DNA of 64,000 nt from Roseibacillus sp. (GTDB lineage Bacteria > Verrucomicrobiota > Verrucomicrobiia > Verrucomicrobiales > Akkermansiaceae). Location of the stretch: the NCBI GenBank assembly GCA_051251855.1, contig JBPOGI010000001.1, positions 1,696,001 through 1,760,000 on the forward strand, written 5' to 3'. A program made the position numbers and the translations under genes. The notes beneath the pieces were generated by a model that did not search any database, had not been told where the DNA came from, and saw only the letters and a list, made by a program, of their open reading frames with translations. Below are positions 1-8,936 of this stretch, one piece after another. Numbering within the stretch: the stretch's first letter is position 1; every line of letters starts with the position of its first letter.

Positions 1-990
1 AAAAAGATGATCGCCGCGTATCAGACTCTGCTGAAGGACTACGACCAACAGAGCCAAGACACCGTTGCCAGGGCCAACTACAACATGGGTCTTGGATACT
101 TCGACGAAGGAGAATTCGATACTGCTCTCGTTCACCTCAACAAGGCGCGCAACCTCGTCCCCGAGTTTTACGAAGACCCAGCAGGAACCACTATTGCGCT
201 GTGTTACTACCGCCTTAAAGACTCGGACGAGCTACGCAAAACAGTGTCCCGACTCTACGCAATCAACCCTAAGAAGGTTCTCCCTCGTCGGCTTCTCGTA
301 TGGCTCGGCCTCCAAATGTATGAAAAGTCCAACTTCGCCGCCGCTGATCACTATCTCTCACTTGTCGTCGCTGCTGACAACCCAGATGAACCCGACACCG
401 GGCTCTGGAAAGCTTTAGCCAAATCTCGCCTCGAACTTCCGGGTAAAGAAACAAGTGCCTTGGAGGCCGTCGAAGTCATTCTTGCCAACGAAGATGATGC
501 CTTCTGGCGTTGTGACGCTTTCTTGGACAAAGCGAATGGGCTCATTTCTCTTGGTCGCTGGGATGAGGCTGAAATCTCCGCCCACCGCGGTCTTGACCTC
601 GACCCACAAGGCACCATTAAGGCCAGCCTGCATCTCGCCCTCGGTGATATCTCGCTCGCCCGCGCCGACTACCACGCCGCAGCTTCCTCCTACGTTCGAG
701 CCGCCGAGTTTTTCCTTAACGACACTTCCATTCAGCCCTTGGCTCTCTATAAGGCAGCTTGGTGTCTCAACAAAGCCGGTGACGATTCGGCAGCGAGCGC
801 CTTCGAAGAAAGACTCCGCATGGACCATCCCGACTGGAAGGCCCCCGCCAGCTTCAATATCAAGCCGGGCTCCGCCCTTCAGCCCAATACCGTCCAGACC
901 CCCAAACCCCAAACCACAGACTCTAACAAGCCTGCTCCCAACCAAAAGACTCCAGCTCTCCCGCCTGGAATTACCCCTGTGAGCAATTAG
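1..990 (+). CDS. TPR-repeat protein (5'-truncated by window edge)
   Basis: Repeated TPR-like helices (ANYNMGLGYF, LALGDISL, ALYKAAWCL); frame is open from base 1; Pro-rich tail. Confidence 0.75.
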   Translation, partial: KKMIAAYQTLLKDYDQQSQDTVARANYNMGLGYFDEGEFDTALVHLNKARNLVPEFYEDPAGTTIALCYYRLKDSDELRKTVSRLYAINPKKVLPRRLLVWLGLQMYEKSNFAAADHYLSLVVAADNPDEPDTGLWKALAKSRLELPGKETSALEAVEVILANEDDAFWRCDAFLDKANGLISLGRWDEAEISAHRGLDLDPQGTIKASLHLALGDISLARADYHAAASSYVRAAEFFLNDTSIQPLALYKAAWCLNKAGDDSAASAFEERLRMDHPDWKAPASFNIKPGSALQPNTVQTPKPQTTDSNKPAPNQKTPALPPGITPVSN

Positions 991-1003
991 CTATCTGACT
1001 TTC

Positions 1004-1411
1004 ATGCACGCCAGCGCATTCCAAGACGCGATTTCAGCCATCGTCCACCGCGACTCGCGCTTTGAGCCCGACGCCTACTTTTTTCTCAAAGAGGCCCTCG
1101 ATTTTACCGTTAAACGAGCAAAAGAAGAGAACGAAGGAGAAAACCGTCATGTCTCCGGTCCTGAGCTTCTCGTCGGATTTCGCGACTTTGCGCTCGAACA
1201 ATTTGGCCCTATGGCCACCACTGTACTCCGTGAGTGGGGCGTTCGTTGCTGCACTCATGTAGGCGAGATGGTCTTCGCCCTTATTGGCGAACAGGTCTTT
1301 GGTAAGCAAGACTCTGATACTCTCGAAGACTTCGGAGACATCTTCGACTTTCAAGATGCGTTCGTCGTGCCCTTCCTACCGAAAGAAAGCGCTCACCTTC
1401 CGAGGACCTAA
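1004..1411 (+). CDS. Minf_1886-family (PVC-restricted) uncharacterised protein
   Basis: AYFFLKEALDFT...HVSGPELL.GFR.FALEQFGPMA..VL.EWGV pattern typical of this family. Confidence 0.75.
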   Translation: MHASAFQDAISAIVHRDSRFEPDAYFFLKEALDFTVKRAKEENEGENRHVSGPELLVGFRDFALEQFGPMATTVLREWGVRCCTHVGEMVFALIGEQVFGKQDSDTLEDFGDIFDFQDAFVVPFLPKESAHLPRT

Positions 1412-1458
1412 TCTCCTAACAATCCAGCTTAGAGTAACGCTTAATAAATTTTCTGAAT

Positions 1459-2688
1459 ATGAGTTCTGCCCCAGCCACCAAAAAGGCCAAACGAGTCAAC
1501 GTCCGCCGCCCCGAAGTCATGGAACTGGTGCAAGCCGAAGTCGAAAAACACTACCGCTCTGCGGTTGTGGAAAAGCTCAAAAAACTCGGTGGATCTCTCA
1601 CCATTGGCAACACCACCGTTCGCCTCGCCCAGCAATTTGGATTTTGCTACGGAGTCGAGCGAGCCATCGATCTCGCCTACGCCTCCCGCCGCGTCTTCCC
1701 CGAACAGAACATCTTTCTTATTGGAGAAATCATCCACAATCCCGAGGTCAACCGTCAACTTTCCGACATGGGTATCAAAACCCTTCCTTGGAAAGAGATG
1801 AACGAACAATACGAAGAACTTACCGAAGAAGATGTCGTCATCGTGCCAGCCTTCGGCGCTCCTAGCGAGTTCATGGACAAACTCGCTGAAAAGGGCTGCT
1901 ACATCATCGACACCACCTGCGGCGATGTGATGAAGGTTTGGCGCCGTGTTCGCACCTACGCCAAGTCCGGGGTCACTTCCATTATTCACGGCAAAAAGGG
2001 CCACGAAGAAACACGTGCCACCGCCTCCCGCGCTCTCGGAGAAGCCGGTAACGGTCACTATCTCATCATCCTTACTCTTTCCGAGACCGACTACGTTTGC
2101 GACTACCTCGCCAACGGAGGAGACCGCAAAGACTTTTATCAGCGATTTGAAGGAGCCACCTCTCCCGACTTTGACCCCGACATCCACCTCAAGCAAGTCG
2201 GTGTTGCCAACCAAACCACCATGCTCAAGTCGGAGACCGAAGAAATGGGCCGACGCATTCGAACCGCTGTCATGAAACGAGATGGTGACGACAGCAACTA
2301 TCTCGTTTTCGACACTATTTGTGGAGCTACTCAAGAACGCCAAGATGCACTTTTTGAGATGCTCACCGCCCCCATGGACATTCTCCTCGTCGTCGGCGGC
2401 TATAATTCCTCCAATACCACTCACTTGGTAGAAATCGGACAAGAAGAACTCCCCACCTTCTTCATCCAAGACGCCGAATGCCTCACCTCTCTCGAGACCA
2501 TTGCGCACTACGATTTAACTCAAAAGGCCGAAATTAATTCCGACTACCCCGGCAAAATGATGACCGATAAACCTATCGTCATTGGCGTCACTGCCGGAGC
2601 CTCCTGCCCTTCCAACCTTATCGAAGCCACCATTCTAAGAGCTTTCGAACTCCGCGGCATTTCTCGCGATCAAGTTTACGCAGCATAA
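1459..2688 (+). CDS. ispH: 4-hydroxy-3-methylbut-2-enyl diphosphate reductase
   Basis: FGFCYGVERA, IIHNP, DTTC, DTICGATQERQ, VGGYNSSNT, TAGASCP motifs. Confidence 0.96.
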   Translation: MSSAPATKKAKRVNVRRPEVMELVQAEVEKHYRSAVVEKLKKLGGSLTIGNTTVRLAQQFGFCYGVERAIDLAYASRRVFPEQNIFLIGEIIHNPEVNRQLSDMGIKTLPWKEMNEQYEELTEEDVVIVPAFGAPSEFMDKLAEKGCYIIDTTCGDVMKVWRRVRTYAKSGVTSIIHGKKGHEETRATASRALGEAGNGHYLIILTLSETDYVCDYLANGGDRKDFYQRFEGATSPDFDPDIHLKQVGVANQTTMLKSETEEMGRRIRTAVMKRDGDDSNYLVFDTICGATQERQDALFEMLTAPMDILLVVGGYNSSNTTHLVEIGQEELPTFFIQDAECLTSLETIAHYDLTQKAEINSDYPGKMMTDKPIVIGVTAGASCPSNLIEATILRAFELRGISRDQVYAA

Positions 2689-2767
2689 GCCCCACTCCAT
2701 TACCGACCATTTTTTCGCATCCCATTTGAACAACGAGCCTCACAAGAGCGTCCCAACTATAGTAACC

Positions 2768-3745
2768 ATGCTACGATTTTTCATTTTCCTTTCTCTTCTA
2801 ACGACACTCGCCGCTAAGGAGTTTCAGATCACAGCCATTGCAGCTAAAGTCAACGGACACGCCATCACTAAGAAAGAAGTCGAAGGCCTCTTGGCCCCTC
2901 GCCGTGAGATGCTCCAAGCGATGTATCCCCGCCAAGGCGAAATCTACCAACGACGCCTCAAAGAATTTCGTGATAAAATTCTCGAACAACTTATCAACAA
3001 CGAACTCCTTCTTTCCGAAGTCGAAGGCAAAGGCAACATCCCTGACCACATTGTCGAACAGGAAATTGCCCGAATCATTCGTGAAAACTACGATGGGAAG
3101 GAAGAAAAATTCAATACCTTCCTGCGAGAGAACGGGCTCACCCGACGCAGTTTCCGCGAGCAACAGCGCGAACAAATTCTCGTTCAAGCCTACCGCTCCC
3201 AACAATTCGGGGACATCGCCCCTCCCACCGAAGCTGAGATCAAAGCCAAGTATCAAGAACGCAAAGTCGCCATGCGCGATCGAACTAAAGACTCCATCGA
3301 TTTTCGAAAAATTTTCCTCATTGCCCGAGATCGACTCGACCCCAACGTCACTCCTGAAAGTCAACTCGCCCTCGCTGAGCAAATCCACCTCGAACTCGAA
3401 GGCGGAGCCGACTTCACCGAACTCGCCAAGAAGCATTCCAACGGAGCCTTCGCCAGCGAGGGAGGACTTCAAGAAGGTGCAAAGCGTACCGACTTTACCA
3501 TGTCTTTCGGCGACGCCCTATTTGAAGAATCCAAAGCCGGCGACCTTGTTGGCCCGCTCACAGACCCTGCCGGATTTACCATCGTCAAAATTCTCAAGAT
3601 TCACTATGGCCCCGCTCCACCACTCTCCGACAAAGAAGTGAAGGAACGCATGAAGAAAGAGGTCAATATCGAAAAGCGCACCGAAAAGTATGATAAGTGG
3701 ATCAAGACTCTCAAAGAGCATGCCATGATCGACATCCGCGAATAA
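2768..3745 (+). CDS. SurA/PpiC-type peptidyl-prolyl isomerase chaperone
   Basis: Signal peptide; IAAKVNGHAIT SurA N-domain; GADFTELAKKHS...GG rotamase motif; ATG at 2768. Confidence 0.85.
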   Translation: MLRFFIFLSLLTTLAAKEFQITAIAAKVNGHAITKKEVEGLLAPRREMLQAMYPRQGEIYQRRLKEFRDKILEQLINNELLLSEVEGKGNIPDHIVEQEIARIIRENYDGKEEKFNTFLRENGLTRRSFREQQREQILVQAYRSQQFGDIAPPTEAEIKAKYQERKVAMRDRTKDSIDFRKIFLIARDRLDPNVTPESQLALAEQIHLELEGGADFTELAKKHSNGAFASEGGLQEGAKRTDFTMSFGDALFEESKAGDLVGPLTDPAGFTIVKILKIHYGPAPPLSDKEVKERMKKEVNIEKRTEKYDKWIKTLKEHAMIDIRE

Positions 3746-3807
3746 AAAGAAGCGTCTCTTTCACTTTTTCAGTTTTTCATTTCACCATTTTCCGGTTTCC
3801 TCTCCCC

Positions 3808-4905
3808 GTGCCCACCGAAACCGTCTCCCTCGCCTCTGCAAACTACGAAATCCTCGTAGAGAGCGGCTCCCTTCAGCGCCTTGGGCAACACGTCAAAATC
3901 GCAGGTCTTTCCGGCAAGGCAGCCCTCATCACCGACAGCAACGTCGGCCCCCTTTACCTTGCCACTGCTCAGTCCTCGCTAGAAGAGGCCGGATATCAGG
4001 TCTCCACCCACCTCTTCCCCGCAGGCGAAGGCTCTAAGTCCATGACTCAGGCCGATGAACTCTGCCGCAGTCTCATCCAAGCCGGCCACGACCGTTCCTC
4101 CTTCGTTGTCGCTCTCGGCGGTGGTGTTACAGGCGACCTCGCAGGCTTCGTCGCGGCTATCTACTACCGAGGCATCCCCATTGTCCAAATTCCCACCACC
4201 ATCGTTTCTCAAGTCGATTCCTCGGTAGGCGGCAAAACAGGCGTGAACACCCCTGAGGGCAAAAATCTTCTTGGCTCTTTCCATCAGCCCTCTCTCGTCC
4301 TCATCGACCCCGCTACCCTCACTTCTCTCCACCCACGCGAATACCGCGAAGGCTTCGCTGAAGTCATCAAACATGCCGCTATTCGCGACGCCGCCATGCT
4401 TGACGACCTCGCCCAGCTTGACCCTGAAGACCTCCCCCCACCCGCCGAACTTCTGCTACGCAATCTCGCCATCAAAGCGCGTATTGTAGAAGAAGACGAA
4501 AAGGAAACATCTGGCACCCGCGCTCTTCTCAACTTCGGCCACACCATTGGCCACGCTATCGAAGCTTCCCTACCCTACGGCGAACTCCTCCACGGCGAAG
4601 CCATCTCCCTCGGCATCCGCGCCGCTCTCTACCTTTCCGAGAAACACTCCACCCTTACTCCCGAAGACAGCGAGCGCATCATCGCCCTCCTGCGTCGCTT
4701 TCAACTCCCTCTCATCCTCCCCGACGGCCTCAGCACCGAAGCCCTCATCGAAAAAATGGGACGCGACAAAAAATTCTCCGGCGGCCAGCGCACCTTCGTC
4801 CTTCTCTCTCAAGCAGGGCAGGCCCACACCAGCACCGAAGTCACCCCAGAATCCGTTACCAAAGCTATCGAACTTCTCAGGACTCCTTGCGAGCCGCTCT
4901 CTTAA
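3808..4905 (+). CDS. aroB: 3-dehydroquinate synthase
   Basis: GGGVTGDLAGF, PTT..SQVDSSVGGKTGVN, LNFGHTIGHAIE, HGEAI; GTG start inferred. Confidence 0.95.
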   Translation: MPTETVSLASANYEILVESGSLQRLGQHVKIAGLSGKAALITDSNVGPLYLATAQSSLEEAGYQVSTHLFPAGEGSKSMTQADELCRSLIQAGHDRSSFVVALGGGVTGDLAGFVAAIYYRGIPIVQIPTTIVSQVDSSVGGKTGVNTPEGKNLLGSFHQPSLVLIDPATLTSLHPREYREGFAEVIKHAAIRDAAMLDDLAQLDPEDLPPPAELLLRNLAIKARIVEEDEKETSGTRALLNFGHTIGHAIEASLPYGELLHGEAISLGIRAALYLSEKHSTLTPEDSERIIALLRRFQLPLILPDGLSTEALIEKMGRDKKFSGGQRTFVLLSQAGQAHTSTEVTPESVTKAIELLRTPCEPLS

Positions 4906-5755
4906 GCTCCTCGACAAAGACCTCCTCCCAAGCTGCCAGCGTCCTCGTGGCCAACCACCCCACTCCCACGCAAAGAGGTTCCGGCTCTGGATCAAGCTTG
5001 ATAACACGGATTGGCTTGGGCAAAGCAGAGCCATCAGCCACGAACGCAAGCCCCATCCCCGCCTGTAACCCCATCCGCAGACTCGAAATTCCATCAAACT
5101 CGCCCGCCACCTTGGCATTCAGCCCATGGGTGGAAAAGTAATCCGTCACCTGCGCCCAATACCCGGGATAATCCGTCCTTGAGAGCAGAATCAACCTCTC
5201 TCCTTCTAGGTCTCCTGCCTTAATCTTCCTCTTCTTTTCGAAACGATGGCCTGCTGGCACCGCGATCCGAAAGTTTTTCTGTTTCAACACTTCCCAGCGA
5301 ATCTCTGCTTCACGAGTTGCCACCTCCAAGATGAGATCCAGGCTTCCTTGGCGCAACCCCTGCCACATCTCCTCCGTCGTCGAGTCATGAAGATGGACCT
5401 TCACGGTCGGATGCAACTGGCAAAAAACAGCCATCGCCTTCTCAATGATTCCACTCGCTAAACTTGGGGCAAACCCAATCCTCAGCTCAGCCCCCTCCAC
5501 CTCGCGCCGCATCCGCGACTCTCCAGCTTCCACCGCCTTCAGAATTCGTCGTCCTTCCCTCATGACTGTCTTTCCGGCTCGAGTCAAAGCTACCGACTTT
5601 CCGCCCCTCACCAAGAGCTCCCAGCCCATCTCGTCCTCAAAGCTTCTCACTTGGCGGCTTAAGGCTGGCTGAGTGATATTCAACACCCGTGCAGCCTCAG
5701 AAATATTTCCCCTCTCAGCAACTTCTACAAAATAACTCAACTTTCTCACATCCAC
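4877..5755 (-). CDS. LysR-family transcriptional regulator
   Basis: N-terminal HTH (NISEAARVLNITQPALSRQV), substrate-binding domain; divergent from pirin. Confidence 0.93.
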   Translation of the reverse strand: MDVRKLSYFVEVAERGNISEAARVLNITQPALSRQVRSFEDEMGWELLVRGGKSVALTRAGKTVMREGRRILKAVEAGESRMRREVEGAELRIGFAPSLASGIIEKAMAVFCQLHPTVKVHLHDSTTEEMWQGLRQGSLDLILEVATREAEIRWEVLKQKNFRIAVPAGHRFEKKRKIKAGDLEGERLILLSRTDYPGYWAQVTDYFSTHGLNAKVAGEFDGISSLRMGLQAGMGLAFVADGSALPKPIRVIKLDPEPEPLCVGVGWLATRTLAAWEEVFVEELKRAARKES

Positions 5756-5792
5756 ACTCTCAACTTACCCAAACCAGAACAAATACTCAACC

Positions 5793-5807
5793 ATGCTCTA
5801 CAAACAT
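5793..5807. promoter_or_regulatory. Putative LysR binding box (ATG-N9-CAT, T-N11-A)
   Basis: ATGCTCTACAAACAT, centred ~65 nt upstream of the pirin start in the divergent gap. Confidence 0.55.
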
Positions 5808-5864
5808 ACTTAGCCAACCACGCTGGCATTGGCGTATTTTACCGTATCGAGGTATCTCTCGGAT

Positions 5865-6575
5865 ATGCAAACAAAGGGCATATCCGCACTCTCTATTCGC
5901 CGTGCGGGAGACCGCTTCCACTCCAACTTCGGTTGGCTCAACGCTAAGCACACCTTCTCGTTCGGTGAACATTATGACCCAGATCATGCCGGCTTCCGTG
6001 CTCTTCGAGTCATTAATGACGACACGGTCGCTCCAGGCAAGGGCTTTGACACTCACCCCCACTCTTCGATGGAAATCTTCACTTACATCATCGAGGGGCA
6101 ACTTGAGCACAAGGACTCCATGGGCAATGGGCGAATCATCGAAACTGGTGAGTTCCAATACATGTCTGCCGGTTCAGGCGTCGAACATTCCGAGTTTAAC
6201 CCCTCAAACGAAAATTCCGTTCATCTTCTCCAGATATGGATCACACCAACTCATCAGGGTGGAGAGCCTCGCTACGCCGACTTCGACACCAAGCCTCTGC
6301 GCCAAGAAAACGGACTCACCCTCCTCGCATCGCCCATGGGCGAAGGTTCCTCTTTCGGCATCCGACAACACGCCGAGATTCATTTCGGGCATCTTGCTGC
6401 AGGAGCAAGCCTCAGCCCCCAAACAAATTTTAGCCACCAGTATCTTCACCTGATAACAGGTGAAATAAAAATCAGTGGCGAAACTCTTACTAGTGGCGAC
6501 GGTGTTGGCTTCACTGGCACCCAGTCCCTAAAGGCCTCCGCCGAAAGCGAGTTCCTTTTCTTTGCCCTCTCTTAA
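5865..6575 (+). CDS. Pirin family protein (YhhW-like)
   Basis: GWLNAKHTFSF, LRVINDD, GFDTHPH..MEI, HKDSMGN, MSAGSGVEHSE, LQIW. Confidence 0.93.
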   Translation: MQTKGISALSIRRAGDRFHSNFGWLNAKHTFSFGEHYDPDHAGFRALRVINDDTVAPGKGFDTHPHSSMEIFTYIIEGQLEHKDSMGNGRIIETGEFQYMSAGSGVEHSEFNPSNENSVHLLQIWITPTHQGGEPRYADFDTKPLRQENGLTLLASPMGEGSSFGIRQHAEIHFGHLAAGASLSPQTNFSHQYLHLITGEIKISGETLTSGDGVGFTGTQSLKASAESEFLFFALS

Positions 6576-6614
6576 TCAAGAAAACAAACAAATCAAAACT
6601 AACCAACCATCCAA

Positions 6615-7235
6615 ATGAAAATTAAATATACCCTCCCACTCCTTGCCGGAACAAGCGTCCTTGCCCTCACGTCTTGTAAGAACCCTGCAGACGAGACCGC
6701 TGATGCCACTGTCAGCGAAGCCGCTCCAGAAGCGACAGTCTCTGGCGGCACCACTTACATCTTTACCGATAGCTCCACTATAAGCTTTGTCGGCTCCAAA
6801 GTCACAGGCTCCCACGAAGGAGGCTTCAAGACCTTCAAAGGTAATTTCGTTGTTAAAAACGGAGAGCCTCAAGGCGGAAACTTCACTATCGATATGAACT
6901 CCACTTGGTCAGACAACGACAAGCTCACCGAGCATCTCAAAGCTCCCGACTTCTTCAACGTCGCTTCATTCCCATCCACCGCGTTCGTCGTCACCAACTT
7001 CGCGAAAGAGGCAGGCAATACGTATCAAGTTTCAGGTAACCTCACCCTGCACGGCGTCACCAAAAACATCACCTTCCCGACCACTGCAAGCACCAGCGAA
7101 GACTCAATCAAAGTCTCTTCTGAATTCGATATCAAGCGCAGTGACTTCGGCATCACCTATCCCGGAAAGAAGGACGATCTCATCCGCGACGAAGTAATCA
7201 TCAAATTCAACTTAAGTGCCGAACCCGCCGTTTAA
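6615..7235 (+). CDS. YceI family lipoprotein
   Basis: Lipobox LTSC; HLKAPDFF, GNLTLHGVTK, IKRSDFGI. Confidence 0.9.
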   Translation: MKIKYTLPLLAGTSVLALTSCKNPADETADATVSEAAPEATVSGGTTYIFTDSSTISFVGSKVTGSHEGGFKTFKGNFVVKNGEPQGGNFTIDMNSTWSDNDKLTEHLKAPDFFNVASFPSTAFVVTNFAKEAGNTYQVSGNLTLHGVTKNITFPTTASTSEDSIKVSSEFDIKRSDFGITYPGKKDDLIRDEVIIKFNLSAEPAV

Positions 7236-7282
7236 CTAAAAACTATTAGCCATATTTACGAACAGCCCTACCTTCCAAGATC

Positions 7283-7723
7283 ATGGACACAAATATCAAT
7301 ACCCTTGCTAAAGAAATGAAAGTGGAAGTAGCGGCTTCCCTAGACACTCTAGGAAACCGCCTACGCAAAGTTGAAAAGGAACTTGATCTCGAGTGCATGA
7401 ACTTGCGAGACCTCGTGAATTCCCACGACCCCCAACTCAATCGACAGCTCGATGCTTTGAGCGGGAGCATTGCGGAGTTGCACGAAAGCCTATCCGAAGT
7501 GCGCTCGCATCTTGAAGCTGCCGTAGTCGACAGCAACCAACTCGAAGAAGCTACTCAAGAAGTCACAGAGCCGGCTTCTTCGGAGAGAAAAACTTCAACT
7601 CAAAATGAACTCTCACCGAAAGAAATTGGTCGCATACGCCACGACGAGGAAATCACCCTCAGCGGAATATTCCGCGCCCTCCTCATGGCCGACGAACCCG
7701 CCCAGCGTGCCAATCACGACTAA
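7283..7723 (+). CDS. Hypothetical coiled-coil protein
   Basis: Fills intergenic space; heptad-rich N-half; TTAGCC-N17-TACCTT promoter-like sequence upstream. Confidence 0.65.
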   Translation: MDTNINTLAKEMKVEVAASLDTLGNRLRKVEKELDLECMNLRDLVNSHDPQLNRQLDALSGSIAELHESLSEVRSHLEAAVVDSNQLEEATQEVTEPASSERKTSTQNELSPKEIGRIRHDEEITLSGIFRALLMADEPAQRANHD

Positions 7724-7769
7724 GAAATCACTGCAATGAAAGACCTCGAATAGAGGTTGAAATGAACAT

Positions 7770-7792
7770 GTAGCGCGGCCCTCACGGCCGCG
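7770..7792 (+). repeat. REP-like palindrome
   Basis: GTAG-CGCGGCC-ctcac-GGCCGCG between convergent genes. Confidence 0.45.
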
Positions 7793-7836
7793 TTTACGTT
7801 TCCTACACCCTAAGGACGATTTCTCCTGCCCCCTCT

Positions 7837-8469
7837 CTAAAGTAGCCTCCAAAGTAACAAACCAGCGAGCACCCAAAGGCCTCCTCCAAAGCCCAAGTCC
7901 AGCCACTTGCTCTTCCTGTGGTAGGTCGCTCGGATTCCCTCGTGCTGCAACACCACCACCCACAATCCCCATAGAACTAGTCCCTCGAACACAATCGTCA
8001 CCCAGAGAAGAAATGGCCACCACCCTTCCTGTTCCTTCCTTAAGAAAAGAGCCGTCATCCCCGCGAAAAAGAAAACCACTTTCGGATTTAGCAAATTACA
8101 AATGAGTCCCTGTAAAAACCAAACTCGCCCCAACTCGGCTACCTCCGCCTCATGAATCGACTCGGAATCCGCCAAGAAAAACGACCGCAGCATTTTCCAG
8201 CCTAGCCAAATCAAATAGCCAGCCGCCAACAAACTCATCCCTCGCTCCCACTGCCCCCCTTGGGCCAACAGAGCAGACACCCCCCCAATCGCCAACGCCG
8301 CATGCATACACAGGCCCGCAACAATCCCCAACATCACCAACCACCCTGCGCGGCTTCCCTCTTTCAGTGACACCCGCGTCAATAAAATCATATCCGGCCC
8401 TGGGCTAAATTGCCCCAAAGCCATCACTCCTGCAAAGAGCAACCATTCAGCGAACCATTGCTCAGGCAT
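7837..8469 (-). CDS. LysE/RhtB family translocator
   Basis: SPGPD, G...G, YLIWLG, NLLNPK motifs; hydrophobic. Confidence 0.9.
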   Translation of the reverse strand: MPEQWFAEWLLFAGVMALGQFSPGPDMILLTRVSLKEGSRAGWLVMLGIVAGLCMHAALAIGGVSALLAQGGQWERGMSLLAAGYLIWLGWKMLRSFFLADSESIHEAEVAELGRVWFLQGLICNLLNPKVVFFFAGMTALFLRKEQEGWWPFLLWVTIVFEGLVLWGLWVVVLQHEGIRATYHRKSKWLDLGFGGGLWVLAGLLLWRLL

Positions 8470-8481
8470 TTTTAGCCAGTT

Positions 8482-8799
8482 CTACCGGAAACTCGCCGCC
8501 CGCACGTATTTCAGAATCGCCGTCTCCTCGCTCACCGACAACCCCGCATTCCCAGACATTCCCTTCAACACCGGATGCCACTGCCCTTCCATCTCGCCCA
8601 TGGGCAATTTTGCCTCATGGCATTCCATACACTTCCGACTAAAGACCCAATACCCCTCCCCCATTTCATCCAAAGAAATCCCCGCCTTTCCCGCCATTAC
8701 TGGATTTGGCTGCGGCAATCCACTTTCGTCCAAACCATTTGAACCACAAGCAATCAAAAGCACCGCAACCAAACCAGAAAGCCCACAAAACAACTTCAT
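8482..8799 (-). CDS. Small lipoprotein monoheme cytochrome c
   Basis: Lipobox LIAC; CMECH heme motif; W...L..M distal segment. Confidence 0.7.
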   Translation of the reverse strand: MKLFCGLSGLVAVLLIACGSNGLDESGLPQPNPVMAGKAGISLDEMGEGYWVFSRKCMECHEAKLPMGEMEGQWHPVLKGMSGNAGLSVSEETAILKYVRAASFR

Positions 8800-8936
8800 G
8801 TCCCTCTCATAGCAAGAGCTCACCCTCCTAGACACTCCAATTTACACCATCCTGAGACAGCAGCGCCCCCCTTTCCCTATTCAACAAACACATTCCGCGC
8901 TAGCCACCAGCCGAGAAAGCCCCTAAATCCCATCGG

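Noticed and set aside
1441..2508. 355-aa antisense ORF, and similar ones opposite purL, panC and the 53.6-kb gene
   Set aside because: Fully overlap well-supported genes; explained by codon bias
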